This document shows, piece after piece, positions 1 through 9,373 of a stretch of DNA of 64,000 nt. Under the pieces are notes generated by a model. It had not been told where the DNA came from. It searched no databases and saw only the letters and a list, made by a program, of their open reading frames with translations. The number at the start of each line of letters is the position of its first letter. Positions within the stretch are counted from its first letter, which is position 1. Made by a program: the position numbers and the translations under genes. Source of the DNA: Bacteroidales bacterium (GTDB lineage Bacteria > Bacteroidota > Bacteroidia > Bacteroidales > WCHB1-69); contig JBLJBB010000107.1 of assembly GCA_047638115.1 (NCBI GenBank), positions 2,808 to 66,807 on the forward strand, written 5' to 3'.

Positions 1-381
1 GAAAAGATGAAATTACCCCCTTGTCATGTACTTTTTCAATTCTATGTTAGTAATGGTGAAATCTCCTGTCAACTTTACCAAAGAAGCGCAGATGTTTTTT
101 TAGGAGTTCCTTTTAATATTGCATCATATGCATTGTTATTAATGATGATAGCACAAGTTTGTGATTTAAAACCAAAACACTTTATACATACATTTGGGGA
201 TGTTCATATATACTCAAATCACATGGAACAAGTTGATCTTCAGTTATCAAGAACACCAAAAACATTACCTACAATGAATATAAATCCTAATGTTAAGTCG
301 ATTTTTGATTTTACATATGAAGATTTTGAATTGGTAAATTACAATCCTGATCCTCACATAAAAGGGGTGGTTGCAGTATAA
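1..381 (+). CDS. thyA: thymidylate synthase, C-terminal part (5' end upstream of window)
   Basis: Translation carries ThyA hallmark blocks [38 protein letters not shown] and ends ..KGVVAV. The frame is open back to base 1. Confidence 0.95.
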   Translation, partial: EKMKLPPCHVLFQFYVSNGEISCQLYQRSADVFLGVPFNIASYALLLMMIAQVCDLKPKHFIHTFGDVHIYSNHMEQVDLQLSRTPKTLPTMNINPNVKSIFDFTYEDFELVNYNPDPHIKGVVAV

Positions 382-383
382 TA

Positions 384-413
384 AAAAAGGGACTTGTTAA
401 GTCCCTTTTTTTA
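384..413. terminator. bidirectional intrinsic terminator between thyA and the convergent lipoprotein gene
   Basis: AAAAAAGGGACTTGTTAAGTCCCTTTTTTT: arms AAGGGACTT/AAGTCCCTT flanked by an A-run and a T-run. Confidence 0.8.
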
Positions 414-428
414 TAAAGTAAGAAAAAA

Positions 429-827
429 CTATTTTTTCTTAGTAGTTGTTTTTGTTGTTGTTCCAACTGCTGCGTTTTTCTTCTCTTCAACTTCTTTTAA
501 TACTGCTTTTTGTTCTTCTGGTGATAATTGATCAAATATTTTCAATTTTTCTTCTAAAGTAAGAACCTTTGGTTTTGCAGGAGCAGTTTTAACTTCCTCT
601 TTTTGAGTGGCAGTTTTTGCATCAATAGCTTTAGTTTCAGCAGGTTTTGCAGTCTCTTTTTTTGTTGGAGCAGGTGTTGGTGCTGGAGTTGCAACTGGTT
701 CAGGTGTTGGAGCAGGAGCAACTACTTCTTGAGGAGCTGGTGTTGGTTCAACTACTGGTTCAGCTTTTTTTCCACAGGATGCAAATACAAGTCCTGATAC
801 AGCTAAAATTAAAATTAATTTTTTCAT
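429..827 (-). CDS. lipoprotein with Pro/Thr/Ala-rich low-complexity linker, function unknown
   Basis: N-terminal signal peptide with lipobox (LVFASC). Contains PAPTPEPVATPAPTPAPT repeats and a Lys/Glu-rich C-terminus. Confidence 0.6.
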   Translation of the reverse strand: MKKLILILAVSGLVFASCGKKAEPVVEPTPAPQEVVAPAPTPEPVATPAPTPAPTKKETAKPAETKAIDAKTATQKEEVKTAPAKPKVLTLEEKLKIFDQLSPEEQKAVLKEVEEKKNAAVGTTTKTTTKKK

Positions 828-957
828 AGGTATTTTTTTTTAGGGTTAATATTTTGATTTTTTCAATCTGCAAATATACAATATTTCTTTTGTATTGGTT
901 TTAGTATAAGAAAATATTTTTTTTAAAAAAAAATGGAGTAAATAAAATTTTTTGATG

Positions 958-965
958 TATTTTTG
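958..965 (+). promoter_or_regulatory. Bacteroidota -7 box (TAnnTTTG) upstream of pyrB
   Basis: TATTTTTG lies 63 nt upstream of the pyrB start. Confidence 0.5.
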
Positions 966-1027
966 CATGTTTGTAAATATGGAAACAAAATCATTAAAGT
1001 ATTAATCATATATAAAAGGAGGACAAG

Positions 1028-1951
1028 TTGTTAAAAGGAAGAAGTTTGATAGATCCCTCAGATTTTACTCGTGAAGAATTTCGTGAAATATTCGATTTAG
1101 CTCATGAAATTGTAAAAAATCCTGAGAAATTTAGTAAGAGTTGTGAAGGTAAAATCTTAGCAACTCTTTTTTATGAACCGAGCACAAGGACAAGATTTAG
1201 TTTTGAAGCCGCAATGTTGAGATTGGGTGGACAAATTATTGGTTTTTCTGAACCAAACTCAAGTTCTGTTTCTAAAGGGGAAAGTATTTCTGATACGATT
1301 AAAACGATAGAATGTTATGCAGATATCGCCGTTATGAGACACCCTAAAGAGGGAGCCCCTAAAGTTGCTAGTCATGCTGTATCTTTCCCTGTTATTAATG
1401 CAGGAGATGGAGGTCATCAACATCCTACCCAAACTTTGACGGATATCTTAACCATTGAACGATTAAAAGGGAATGTAGAAAATAAAGTGTATGCTTTTTG
1501 TGGTGATTTAAAATTTGGGAGAACAGTTCACTCTCTGATTAAGTTTTTAAGTAACTATCAAGGTGTTCGTTTTGTTTTAATATCTCCTGAAGAATTACAA
1601 ATCCCTGAATATGTAAGAGAAGAGATTCTTAAAAAGAAAAACATCCCCTATGTTGAAGTAAAAAAAATGGAGCCATATTTGAAAGATGCTGATTTCATTT
1701 ATATGACAAGAGTTCAAAAAGAGAGATTCTTTAACGAAGAAGATTATATCAGACTTAAAGATCGTTTCATTTTAGATGCAGAAAAAATGACATTTGCAAG
1801 TCCTGAAACTTATATTTTGCATCCACTTCCTAGAGTAAATGAGATTAGTATTGAAGTTGATGAAGATCCAAGAGCTCAATATTTCCAACAAGCCAAAAAT
1901 GGAATGTATGTGCGCATGGCACTTATTATGAAACTATTAGGAATAAATTAA
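1028..1951 (+). CDS. pyrB: aspartate carbamoyltransferase catalytic subunit
   Basis: STRTR carbamoyl-phosphate motif ([11 protein letters not shown]), HPTQ motif (GGHQHPTQ) and HPLPR motif. TTG start in the ORF track. Confidence 0.95.
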   Translation: MLKGRSLIDPSDFTREEFREIFDLAHEIVKNPEKFSKSCEGKILATLFYEPSTRTRFSFEAAMLRLGGQIIGFSEPNSSSVSKGESISDTIKTIECYADIAVMRHPKEGAPKVASHAVSFPVINAGDGGHQHPTQTLTDILTIERLKGNVENKVYAFCGDLKFGRTVHSLIKFLSNYQGVRFVLISPEELQIPEYVREEILKKKNIPYVEVKKMEPYLKDADFIYMTRVQKERFFNEEDYIRLKDRFILDAEKMTFASPETYILHPLPRVNEISIEVDEDPRAQYFQQAKNGMYVRMALIMKLLGIN

Positions 1952-1961
1952 ATCACTCGTT

Positions 1962-2393
1962 ATGTTAGAAATTACCAGTATAGAAAAAGGGATTGTTATT
2001 GACCATATTCCTGTAGGTTATGGAATTAAAATGTTTCATATTCTTAAACTTGAAAAAGCAGATTATACAGTTGCATTAATTAATAATGCATTTAGTAAAA
2101 AAATGGGTAGAAAAGATATCATCAAAATTAATAATAAAATCGATTTTGATGTAGAATTCTTAGGACTTATTAATGCAGATCTTACGATTAATATCATTGA
2201 AGGTGATAAAATTATTAGAAAAGTTAGACTTACTGTACCACAGAAAGTTACAAATGTAATTAAATGTCAAAACCCAAGATGTGTTACGTCTATCGAAAGT
2301 AATATTGAACACGTGTTTCATTTAGTAGATGCTGAAAAAAGATCTTATAGATGTGAGTACTGTGATGATATCATTATTCCGTATTCAAAATAA
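1962..2393 (+). CDS. pyrI: aspartate carbamoyltransferase regulatory subunit
   Basis: Lies 10 nt downstream of pyrB. The C-terminal Zn domain has a CxxxxC...CxxC pattern (CQNPRC...CEYC). Confidence 0.9.
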   Translation: MLEITSIEKGIVIDHIPVGYGIKMFHILKLEKADYTVALINNAFSKKMGRKDIIKINNKIDFDVEFLGLINADLTINIIEGDKIIRKVRLTVPQKVTNVIKCQNPRCVTSIESNIEHVFHLVDAEKRSYRCEYCDDIIIPYSK

Positions 2394-2516
2394 CAAATAA
2401 TTTATTACTGCTGTACTCTATATTGTTGATAATTAAATAATTGTCAATACTGATATTAACAATCCTTTGTTTATTAATAAATTTTCAAAAATTGTCAAAA
2501 TGTCATGCTTTTTCAT

Positions 2517-2524
2517 TAATTTTG
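2517..2524 (+). promoter_or_regulatory. -7 box upstream of ftsQ
   Basis: TAATTTTG. It favours the ATG at 2547 over the TTG at 2529 as the ftsQ start. Confidence 0.4.
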
Positions 2525-2546
2525 CTGATTGACAGAAAAGCTCATT

Positions 2547-3314
2547 ATGACTCATTTAAAAACCATTCTTAGAATTACATTGGTTTTAAGCATAATTATA
2601 TGCGCTGTCTTTGCTATTGTTAAAATGCAAAACCGAAATTGTTCAGGAGTGCAGGTTATTGTCGATTACCAAGGAGAAAACGAAATTATAAATGAACAGG
2701 ACTTTATTGAAATCCTAAACCAAAATAGAATCAAAACTACAGGAGAAAAACTAAATCAGATCCCTTTAGATTCAATTAAAAATGTTTTATCCAAAGAAAT
2801 TTATGTTCAAAAATTAAACAAGATATATTTTTCTGGGACTAAACTGATGATTGATATAACTTTAAGAGAAATCCTGATACATGTTTTTACAAAAAACGGA
2901 AATCAGTTTTTTGTTGACAATGAAGGCCTTATGCTCCCTTTTTCAACCAAAATTAAAGAGAATTTAATTATTGTAAATGGTAATTTTGAAATAAACTATA
3001 CTTTAAAAGGGGATGTTAAAAAGAATAAATCTATATTAAATTCAATCTATCAAATAGCTCTGGCATTACATAAAGATCCATTTTATTCAGAGAATTTTAA
3101 ACAAATATTTGTAAACGAAAATAATATCATTGAATTAGTACCTGTTGATGGAGCTTTAACCATACTATTTGGTGACGAAACTGATGTTGATCAAAAATTA
3201 TCAAAACTTAAAGAAATATATAATAGTGTTTTACCATATTCACCGAGTAAAAAATATTCGTTGATTGATGTTCGTTTTAAAAACAGAGTTATTGCAAAAA
3301 AAGTAAATATCTAA
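2547..3314 (+). CDS. ftsQ: cell division protein FtsQ/DivIB-like (alternative TTG start at 2529)
   Basis: Single N-terminal TM helix followed by a periplasmic domain. Sits immediately upstream of ftsA-ftsZ. Confidence 0.7.
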   Translation: MTHLKTILRITLVLSIIICAVFAIVKMQNRNCSGVQVIVDYQGENEIINEQDFIEILNQNRIKTTGEKLNQIPLDSIKNVLSKEIYVQKLNKIYFSGTKLMIDITLREILIHVFTKNGNQFFVDNEGLMLPFSTKIKENLIIVNGNFEINYTLKGDVKKNKSILNSIYQIALALHKDPFYSENFKQIFVNENNIIELVPVDGALTILFGDETDVDQKLSKLKEIYNSVLPYSPSKKYSLIDVRFKNRVIAKKVNI

Positions 3315-3320
3315 TCATTT

Positions 3321-4637
3321 ATGGCTAAGAAAAATAATACTTTATTAGAAAGTAAACCCAAAATTGTTGTTGGGTTAGACATTGGAACATCGAAAATTGC
3401 TACCATTATTGGATATGAGTCTTCTGAAGGGAAAATTGAAGTGATTGGCTCAGGAAAAGCTGAATCTACAGGAGTACAACATGGTTTAATCTACAATTTA
3501 AATAAAACCATTGAAGGGATCAAACTTTCTGTAAATATCGCATCAACCAGAGCAAATTGCGATGTACTTGATGTATATGTTGGTGTTGCAGGTCGTCATA
3601 TTAATAGCTCAGAGTATCGCCATAGTTTACTACGTAAAAAAGGGAAAGAGGAAGTAATTAGACAAGAAGAGATAGATGCAATGACCAATGAACTGAAAGA
3701 GATTTCTGTAAATATTGGGGAAACAATTATCGCAGTAATACCTCAAAAATTTATGATTGATGGAAACAGAGATCGTGAAATTACAGATCCTGTTGGTGAA
3801 TTAGGAGAAAGAATTGTTGGATTATTTCAACTCATCACCGGAAATGAACAAGAAATTAAGAAAATTGTTCGTTGTGTAGAAGATTCTGAATTAAACCCAA
3901 TCGATATTATTTTAGAACCACTTGCTTCTAGCTTAGTGTGTTTGACTCATGATGAAAAAAAACAAGGTGTTGCTCTCGTAGATATTGGTGGTGGAACCAC
4001 AGATATTGCCATCTACGTTGAAGGAAATCCAGTGTATACTAAAGTTATCCCTTTCGGAGGAAATGTGATCACTAAAGATATCTCAAGCGTTTGTCAAATT
4101 ACGGAAGAACTTGCTGAAAAACTAAAAATTAATCATGGTACTTGCGTAGTTGAAAAATGTAACCAGAATAATTATATTACAATTCCTCAATATCAACAAG
4201 CTAATCCAATACAAATTAGTGAACATTATCTTGCTAAAATTATCTACTCAAGAGTTCAAGCAGATATTTTAGATAATGTCAAAAGAGCCATTGATGAATC
4301 TGGATATTCCAGAAAAATTATGAATATCGTTCTCACGGGAGGAGGTGCAACCTTGAGACATATTAAAGAATTAGCTCAATTTACATTACAAAAACCTACT
4401 CGAATCGGAATCCCTGAAATTGGATTCACGACTCTTCCAGCTGAACTTAGACATCCAATGTATGCTACAGGATTAGGTTTGCTGAAACACGGAATTATGG
4501 AAAAAAATCCAGTAGGTAATAATCAACAAGTGGCAACACCACCATCAGAAGAAGAAAAATCAACTAAAAGTGTTTTTAAACAAGTTAAAAACTATTTCAA
4601 TAACTTACTGAATAATTTTTCAGAAAAAATTGATTAA
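3321..4637 (+). CDS. ftsA: cell division protein FtsA
   Basis: Actin-fold ATPase motifs (VGLDIGTSKI, VDIGGGTTD, LTGGGA). Positioned between ftsQ and ftsZ. Confidence 0.95.
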   Translation: MAKKNNTLLESKPKIVVGLDIGTSKIATIIGYESSEGKIEVIGSGKAESTGVQHGLIYNLNKTIEGIKLSVNIASTRANCDVLDVYVGVAGRHINSSEYRHSLLRKKGKEEVIRQEEIDAMTNELKEISVNIGETIIAVIPQKFMIDGNRDREITDPVGELGERIVGLFQLITGNEQEIKKIVRCVEDSELNPIDIILEPLASSLVCLTHDEKKQGVALVDIGGGTTDIAIYVEGNPVYTKVIPFGGNVITKDISSVCQITEELAEKLKINHGTCVVEKCNQNNYITIPQYQQANPIQISEHYLAKIIYSRVQADILDNVKRAIDESGYSRKIMNIVLTGGGATLRHIKELAQFTLQKPTRIGIPEIGFTTLPAELRHPMYATGLGLLKHGIMEKNPVGNNQQVATPPSEEEKSTKSVFKQVKNYFNNLLNNFSEKID

Positions 4638-4672
4638 AATCCAAACCATAAAAAATATAATATCCTACAAAT

Positions 4673-6283
4673 ATGACTGAGAAAAAATTTTTTGAACCCG
4701 ATTATGGCTCCAAATCATCATCTTCTATAATTAAAGTGATTGGAATAGGTGGTGGCGGTGGTAACGCTGTTAAACATATGTACAAAGATGGAATACAAGG
4801 CGTTGATTTCTTAATCTGCAATACCGATAGATTGGCTTTGGAAAGAAATCCAATTCCAGAAAAATTGGTCCTTGGGGAGTCAGGATTAGGAGCAGGTGCA
4901 AATCCAGAGGTGGCACGAAAACTTGCCGAAGAGAGTAAAGATTCAATTATTAAATTTATTGGAACTGATACAAAAATGCTTTTCTTAACCGCAGGTATGG
5001 GAAAAGGAACTGGAACTGGTGCAACTCCAATCATTGCGCAAATTGCCAGAGATTTAGGCATACTGTCAGTTGCCGTAGTTACTGAACCCTTCGCATTTGA
5101 AGGTGAAGTGGCAACCAAACTCGCAGAAGAGGGTATTAAAGAGTTAAAAAAACATGTCGATTCTCTCATTATTGTTAAAAATCAAAATATCTTAAAGTAT
5201 TATAATGATCTGGATTTTGATACAGCTTTTGGTTATGCTGATGATGTTCTTAAAAATGCAGTAAAATGTATTGCAGAACTAATTACCATAAATCTTGATC
5301 AAAATATTGACTTTAATGACATTAAGTCAATAATGGAAAATAGTGGCCCTGCAATGTTAGGATTAGCTGAAGCAGAAGGTGAAGATAGAGTTAAAAAAGT
5401 TGTAGAAGGTGCTCTAAGTTGTCCTCTCCTTTCTGGTGAACATATCACAAATGCTAAAAACTTCCTCTTCTCACTAAGCTATGGACCCAGTCAGAAGTTT
5501 ACAATAAATGAATTTGATGAACTTACACAACTATTATCTGAATTGAGATCTCACAATGCAAAAGTGATTTGGGGAAGAACGGAAGATAAATCTCTGGATA
5601 ATAAAATCAAACTAGCCGTAATTGTTACTAACTATGCAGTTGATGAAAGTAAGGTAATAACAAATATTGGAACTGGTACAGTTTCAGTTATTGGTGATCA
5701 AGAGACTACAACTACTCCACTATTCCAAAATGAACCAGAGATTTTTATAATTAATGAACCAAAAAGTGATATTGAAATCCCTGTTAATCAACCTACACCT
5801 TTTGATATCGACGACACCCCTTTTTATCCTCAAAAACAAAGTACAAATGAAAAAAACCCACTAGGATTTCTTGATCAAACAAATGCTCAATTGGGCTCAT
5901 CTACTCAAACGCAAATACAAGATCCTACCTATTCCTCTCCTAACTTAAATCAACCCTCCAGAATTGTTCAAGAAAATAAACCATCCTCTCACCATACCCA
6001 GAATCTACACCAAACTCAAAATGCAAGTAGAAATGATTTTGATTATCCAGATCTTCTTACTGCATCTTTTGATGTAAATGTTAAATCTCCTCAAAGAGTG
6101 AAGGTAAATGCTGATCCAAGATTTGAAAACGATATTACTTTTCAAGATTTGTACAATACTCCAGCAGTGCAACGCTTAAGAAATGAAAATTTAGTTGACT
6201 TTGCAGAAAAAAAATCATATAATGCTTATCCTTTTGAATTAGAGGATGATATGCAATATATATTTAAAGATAATCCAGATTAA
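4673..6283 (+). CDS. ftsZ: cell division GTPase FtsZ with long Q/N/S/T-rich C-terminal linker
   Basis: Tubulin signature GGGTGTGA (AGMGKGTGTGATP), N-terminal GIGGGGGNAV, and a disordered tail. Confidence 0.97.
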   Translation: MTEKKFFEPDYGSKSSSSIIKVIGIGGGGGNAVKHMYKDGIQGVDFLICNTDRLALERNPIPEKLVLGESGLGAGANPEVARKLAEESKDSIIKFIGTDTKMLFLTAGMGKGTGTGATPIIAQIARDLGILSVAVVTEPFAFEGEVATKLAEEGIKELKKHVDSLIIVKNQNILKYYNDLDFDTAFGYADDVLKNAVKCIAELITINLDQNIDFNDIKSIMENSGPAMLGLAEAEGEDRVKKVVEGALSCPLLSGEHITNAKNFLFSLSYGPSQKFTINEFDELTQLLSELRSHNAKVIWGRTEDKSLDNKIKLAVIVTNYAVDESKVITNIGTGTVSVIGDQETTTTPLFQNEPEIFIINEPKSDIEIPVNQPTPFDIDDTPFYPQKQSTNEKNPLGFLDQTNAQLGSSTQTQIQDPTYSSPNLNQPSRIVQENKPSSHHTQNLHQTQNASRNDFDYPDLLTASFDVNVKSPQRVKVNADPRFENDITFQDLYNTPAVQRLRNENLVDFAEKKSYNAYPFELEDDMQYIFKDNPD

Positions 6284-6313
6284 TTTGATCAAAAAACCCT
6301 TTAGTGGTTTGAT

Positions 6314-7846
6314 ATGGGAATAATAATTAGACAAAGCATTAAAGGAACCATCGTTAACTATTTTGGTGTCCTAATTGGAATATTTACAACTTTTTTTGTT
6401 CTAACAGATCTTCTAAAACCAGAAGAGATCGGTTTAACAAGAGTTCTTATTGATGCCGGAATGTTGTTTGCTGGCCTTGCTCAACTAGGAACAAGCTCAT
6501 CAATTATCCGATTTTTCCCCTATTTTAATAATAAAAACCAAAAACATAACGGTTTTTTCTTTTGGACTTTAATCATCCCAATCATCGGTTTTTTGGTGTT
6601 TCTTGCACTTTTTTTCATTTTAAAAACTCCAATTTGTAACATTTTTGGAGATAAATCACCGCTCTTCAATGAGTATTATTATCTTTTAGCGCCCCTCTCG
6701 TTTTTTATCCTTTACATGACTGTTTTTGAAACAAATGCCAATGTTTTAATGAGAATAGTTGTTCCAAAATTAGTTAGAGAGGTTATTGTAAGAGTTTTAA
6801 CTCTAGGAACTTATGTGTTGTATGGTTACAATATACTCAATTTTGATCAGTTTATCATCGCTTTCTGTGCTGTATATGGAGTTGCAGCAATTGTAAATAT
6901 TGTGTATCTTGTCACTTTGAAAGATTTCTCATTCAAACCCAATTTTTCAAAAATTGAACCACATTTAAAAAAAGAGTTTCTCTTCTATTCACTTTTTATT
7001 ATCACTACAACTTTAGTTGGAGCCATCACACCTAGTTTAAATACGTTTTTTATCAGCGCCAAAATGGGTCTTGTGTTCACGGGCATTTTCTCTATTGCAA
7101 ATTATATCACCGCTTTTATTGAAATTCCATACCGTTCGTTAGGAGCTATAGTTCAGCCACAGATTTCTCAAGCAATTAAAGATCAAGATATTAAAACAAC
7201 CAATTATTTGTGTCAAGGGGTTGCTCTCCATCAATTACTCGCTGGCTCATTTATTATTCTAGCTATCTGGATAAATATTGACTTATTGTTCGCTATTATG
7301 CCGAAAGGGGAAGAGTATGCTGCAGGAAAATATGTTGTTCTTATTCTCGGATTTAGTCGATTATTTAGTGCTACTTATAGTGTCGGAACTACCGTTCTTG
7401 GGTATTCAAAATATTATTACTATTCACTTTTTTTTACTATTCTATTAACAGGATTAGCAATCAGTTTAAACCTAATTTTTATCCCCACTATGGGTATTGA
7501 TGGCGCTGCAATGGCTTCTCTAATCTCTACTGTTGTCTATACTCTTCTTTTGTTATTGCTTATTAGAATTAAACTCCAAACTACACCATTTAATAAAAAA
7601 CAGCTTTATGTAGTAATAATCGTTGCTATTCTGTACATACTTTCATTACTTTGGGACGAGACAATTTCAGGTTGGATCATAAATCTACCTATAAAAAACA
7701 CTTATTCTCTATTAATTAATGGTGTACTAAAAACTTCAATACTTTTATTAATAGGAAGTATAACAGTAGTTAAATTGAAAATATCACCAGAAATTAATAA
7801 AATTTTAAACAATTTTTATCAAAATAAACGGCTTTTCAAAAGATAA
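6314..7846 (+). CDS. polytopic membrane protein, oligosaccharide/polysaccharide flippase (MOP/Wzx-like) family
   Basis: 510 aa with about 12-14 hydrophobic helices. Overall resemblance to polysaccharide biosynthesis flippases; no diagnostic catalytic motif. Confidence 0.55.
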   Translation: MGIIIRQSIKGTIVNYFGVLIGIFTTFFVLTDLLKPEEIGLTRVLIDAGMLFAGLAQLGTSSSIIRFFPYFNNKNQKHNGFFFWTLIIPIIGFLVFLALFFILKTPICNIFGDKSPLFNEYYYLLAPLSFFILYMTVFETNANVLMRIVVPKLVREVIVRVLTLGTYVLYGYNILNFDQFIIAFCAVYGVAAIVNIVYLVTLKDFSFKPNFSKIEPHLKKEFLFYSLFIITTTLVGAITPSLNTFFISAKMGLVFTGIFSIANYITAFIEIPYRSLGAIVQPQISQAIKDQDIKTTNYLCQGVALHQLLAGSFIILAIWINIDLLFAIMPKGEEYAAGKYVVLILGFSRLFSATYSVGTTVLGYSKYYYYSLFFTILLTGLAISLNLIFIPTMGIDGAAMASLISTVVYTLLLLLLIRIKLQTTPFNKKQLYVVIIVAILYILSLLWDETISGWIINLPIKNTYSLLINGVLKTSILLLIGSITVVKLKISPEINKILNNFYQNKRLFKR

Positions 7847-7871
7847 TCTTTGAATATAGTTTGCGAATAAA

Positions 7872-8987
7872 CTATTTTTTTTCTGTTAACTCCAAAATCC
7901 CTTTTACGATCTCGTGTATTGCATTGGGAAATCCAAATCTTCGCATCTCTTCACCCATTTTATTTGCTCCCACTTCATCTTCCATCAACGCTTCAATATT
8001 TGATATTAAATTGAGATGTACCTCTTGATCGGGAATCAAAATGGCAGCGCCATGATCCGATAAAGCGGCTCCATTTTTGGTTTGATGATCTTCAGCAGCA
8101 TAAGGAAAAGGAACCAGAATCGTTGGTGTGCCTACTAAAGTGAGCTCAGCAATCGCTAAGGCACCTGCACGTGAAACAATAATATCGGCTATGCTGTAAG
8201 CCAAATCCATCCTTTTGATGAAGGGAACTATTTTTATAGTTTCACATTGTTTGGCTTCCAACTCGGGCGATAACGTTTTGTAAAAAAGTTCTCCCGTTTG
8301 CCATAAAAGTTGCACCCCTTTCTCTTCAAAAAAATCAATATGGGCACCAATACACTGATTGATCGTTCTTGCCCCTAAACTCCCACCAACAACCAAAACG
8401 GTTCTCTTCTCTTTAGAAAAATTGAAATATTCATAAGCTTCCTCACTCTTTTTTGTAAAATTAAGGATTTCTGAACGAACCGGATTTCCAGCTTTCACAA
8501 TTTTTGATGCAGGAAAATATTTTTCTAATCCATCATACGCCACAAAAATTTTTTTCACATCGTTTGCCAACGCTTTATTGGTGACTCCAGGATACGAATT
8601 TTGCTCCTGAATAACGGTAGGAATTTTCATGTTGATCGCTGCTTTAAGGGCAGGACCACTAGCAAATCCACCTACTCCAATCACTACATCAGGTCTAAAT
8701 GCTCTAATAATTTGTTTTGCTTTTCGATAAGCTCTCATCAACACAAATGGGAGTTGTAAATTTTTCAAAATCCCTTTAGGAGAAAGATTTCTACTGATTC
8801 CATATATTTCTAACCCTTCAATAGGAAACCCCGCTTCAGGCACTTTGATCATCTCCATTTTATTTTTTGCCCCAATAAACAAGATATCCGCATCTGGCAC
8901 CTCTTTTTTAATTTGGTTAGCAATGGCTAAAGCAGGAAAAATATGACCTCCAGTACCCCCACCTGAAATGATAAAACGTTTGCTCAT
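7872..8987 (-). CDS. murG: undecaprenyldiphospho-muramoylpentapeptide beta-N-acetylglucosaminyltransferase
   Basis: N-terminal G-loop SGGGTGGHIFPALA, GT28 C-terminal domain (GGSLGA, SRAGA..ELT), 371 aa. Confidence 0.93.
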   Translation of the reverse strand: MSKRFIISGGGTGGHIFPALAIANQIKKEVPDADILFIGAKNKMEMIKVPEAGFPIEGLEIYGISRNLSPKGILKNLQLPFVLMRAYRKAKQIIRAFRPDVVIGVGGFASGPALKAAINMKIPTVIQEQNSYPGVTNKALANDVKKIFVAYDGLEKYFPASKIVKAGNPVRSEILNFTKKSEEAYEYFNFSKEKRTVLVVGGSLGARTINQCIGAHIDFFEEKGVQLLWQTGELFYKTLSPELEAKQCETIKIVPFIKRMDLAYSIADIIVSRAGALAIAELTLVGTPTILVPFPYAAEDHQTKNGAALSDHGAAILIPDQEVHLNLISNIEALMEDEVGANKMGEEMRRFGFPNAIHEIVKGILELTEKK

Positions 8988-9003
8988 GATTCAATAATTT
9001 GCA

Positions 9004-9011
9004 CAAAGATA
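9004..9011 (-). promoter_or_regulatory. -7 box upstream of murG
   Basis: Minus-strand TATCTTTG lies 17 nt upstream of the murG ATG. Confidence 0.45.
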
Positions 9012-9075
9012 CACAATATTGATGCGATAAATGAGGATAACTCAAAAAAATATTAACTAATCATAGTTATTTTTT

Positions 9076-9280
9076 TTTGGGCATTCCGGCACCACCCACC
9101 CACTATCCCACCCTGCTGCCGTCGGGCTTGTTCCGGGGTTCGCTTCGCTCCCGTGCTTCACTGCACTTCGCTTAATCCAACATCATGATAATATCAAAAT
9201 CATCGCGGCGCTCGTTCCAGTTCGCACCGGCTTCGCCGCCCTCCACATCCCTAATGCGTAAAACCGCAAGCGGTTTTTGG
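9076..9280 (+). repeat. GC-rich interspersed element, family B copy 1 (with 3' hairpin)
   Basis: Starts TTTGGGCATTCCGG and ends CCCTAATGC, followed by hairpin AAAACCGC-AA-GCGGTTTT. Shares GTCGGGCTTGTTCCGGGGTTCGCTTCGCTCCCGT and ACCGGCTTCGCCGCCCTCCACATCCCTAATGC with the copy at 12598. Confidence 0.85.
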
Positions 9281-9344
9281 GGATTTAGTTTGTTGCAAAT
9301 TCAACAATTTTGCATAAAAATTTGCTTTTGCGGTGAATTTGTTG

Positions 9345-9367
9345 TATATTTGCCGCAAAATTTGCGG
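9345..9367 (+). promoter_or_regulatory. -7 box plus adjacent operator-like palindrome upstream of fic
   Basis: TATATTTG (9345-9352) is directly followed by the palindrome CCGCAAA-A-TTTGCGG (9353-9367). The ATG is at 9374. Confidence 0.45.
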
Positions 9368-9373
9368 TGCATT

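Noticed and set aside
603-829. Two plus-strand ORFs (603..797 and 647..829) with W/C/S-rich or L/Q/E-rich repeats.
   Set aside because: They are antisense readings of the Pro/Ala/Thr-rich low-complexity region of the lipoprotein gene 429..827.
4702-5169. 155-aa antisense ORF inside ftsZ. Similar antisense or embedded ORFs occur inside ltaE, arsM, the transposase, the RM gene, the 678-aa ORF, the TonB-dependent receptor, gapA, priA (38370..38822), nrdJ, fabD, frr, the first tonB-like gene (50969..51367), the second tonB-like gene (52164..52367), the DUF1573 gene, the ROK kinase, the DUF5103 gene, ychF, the S8 peptidase and the S46-like gene.
   Set aside because: All lie within strongly supported genes on the other strand or in another frame. 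They have low-complexity or hydrophobic nonsense translations and no independent start or promoter signals.
9185-9373. N-terminal 63-codon extension of the Fic ORF in the ORF track.
   Set aside because: The extension is read straight through the GC-rich family B repeat and its hairpin. A consensus -7 box and a dyad lie just before the internal ATG at 9374, where the DUF4172-type N-terminus begins.
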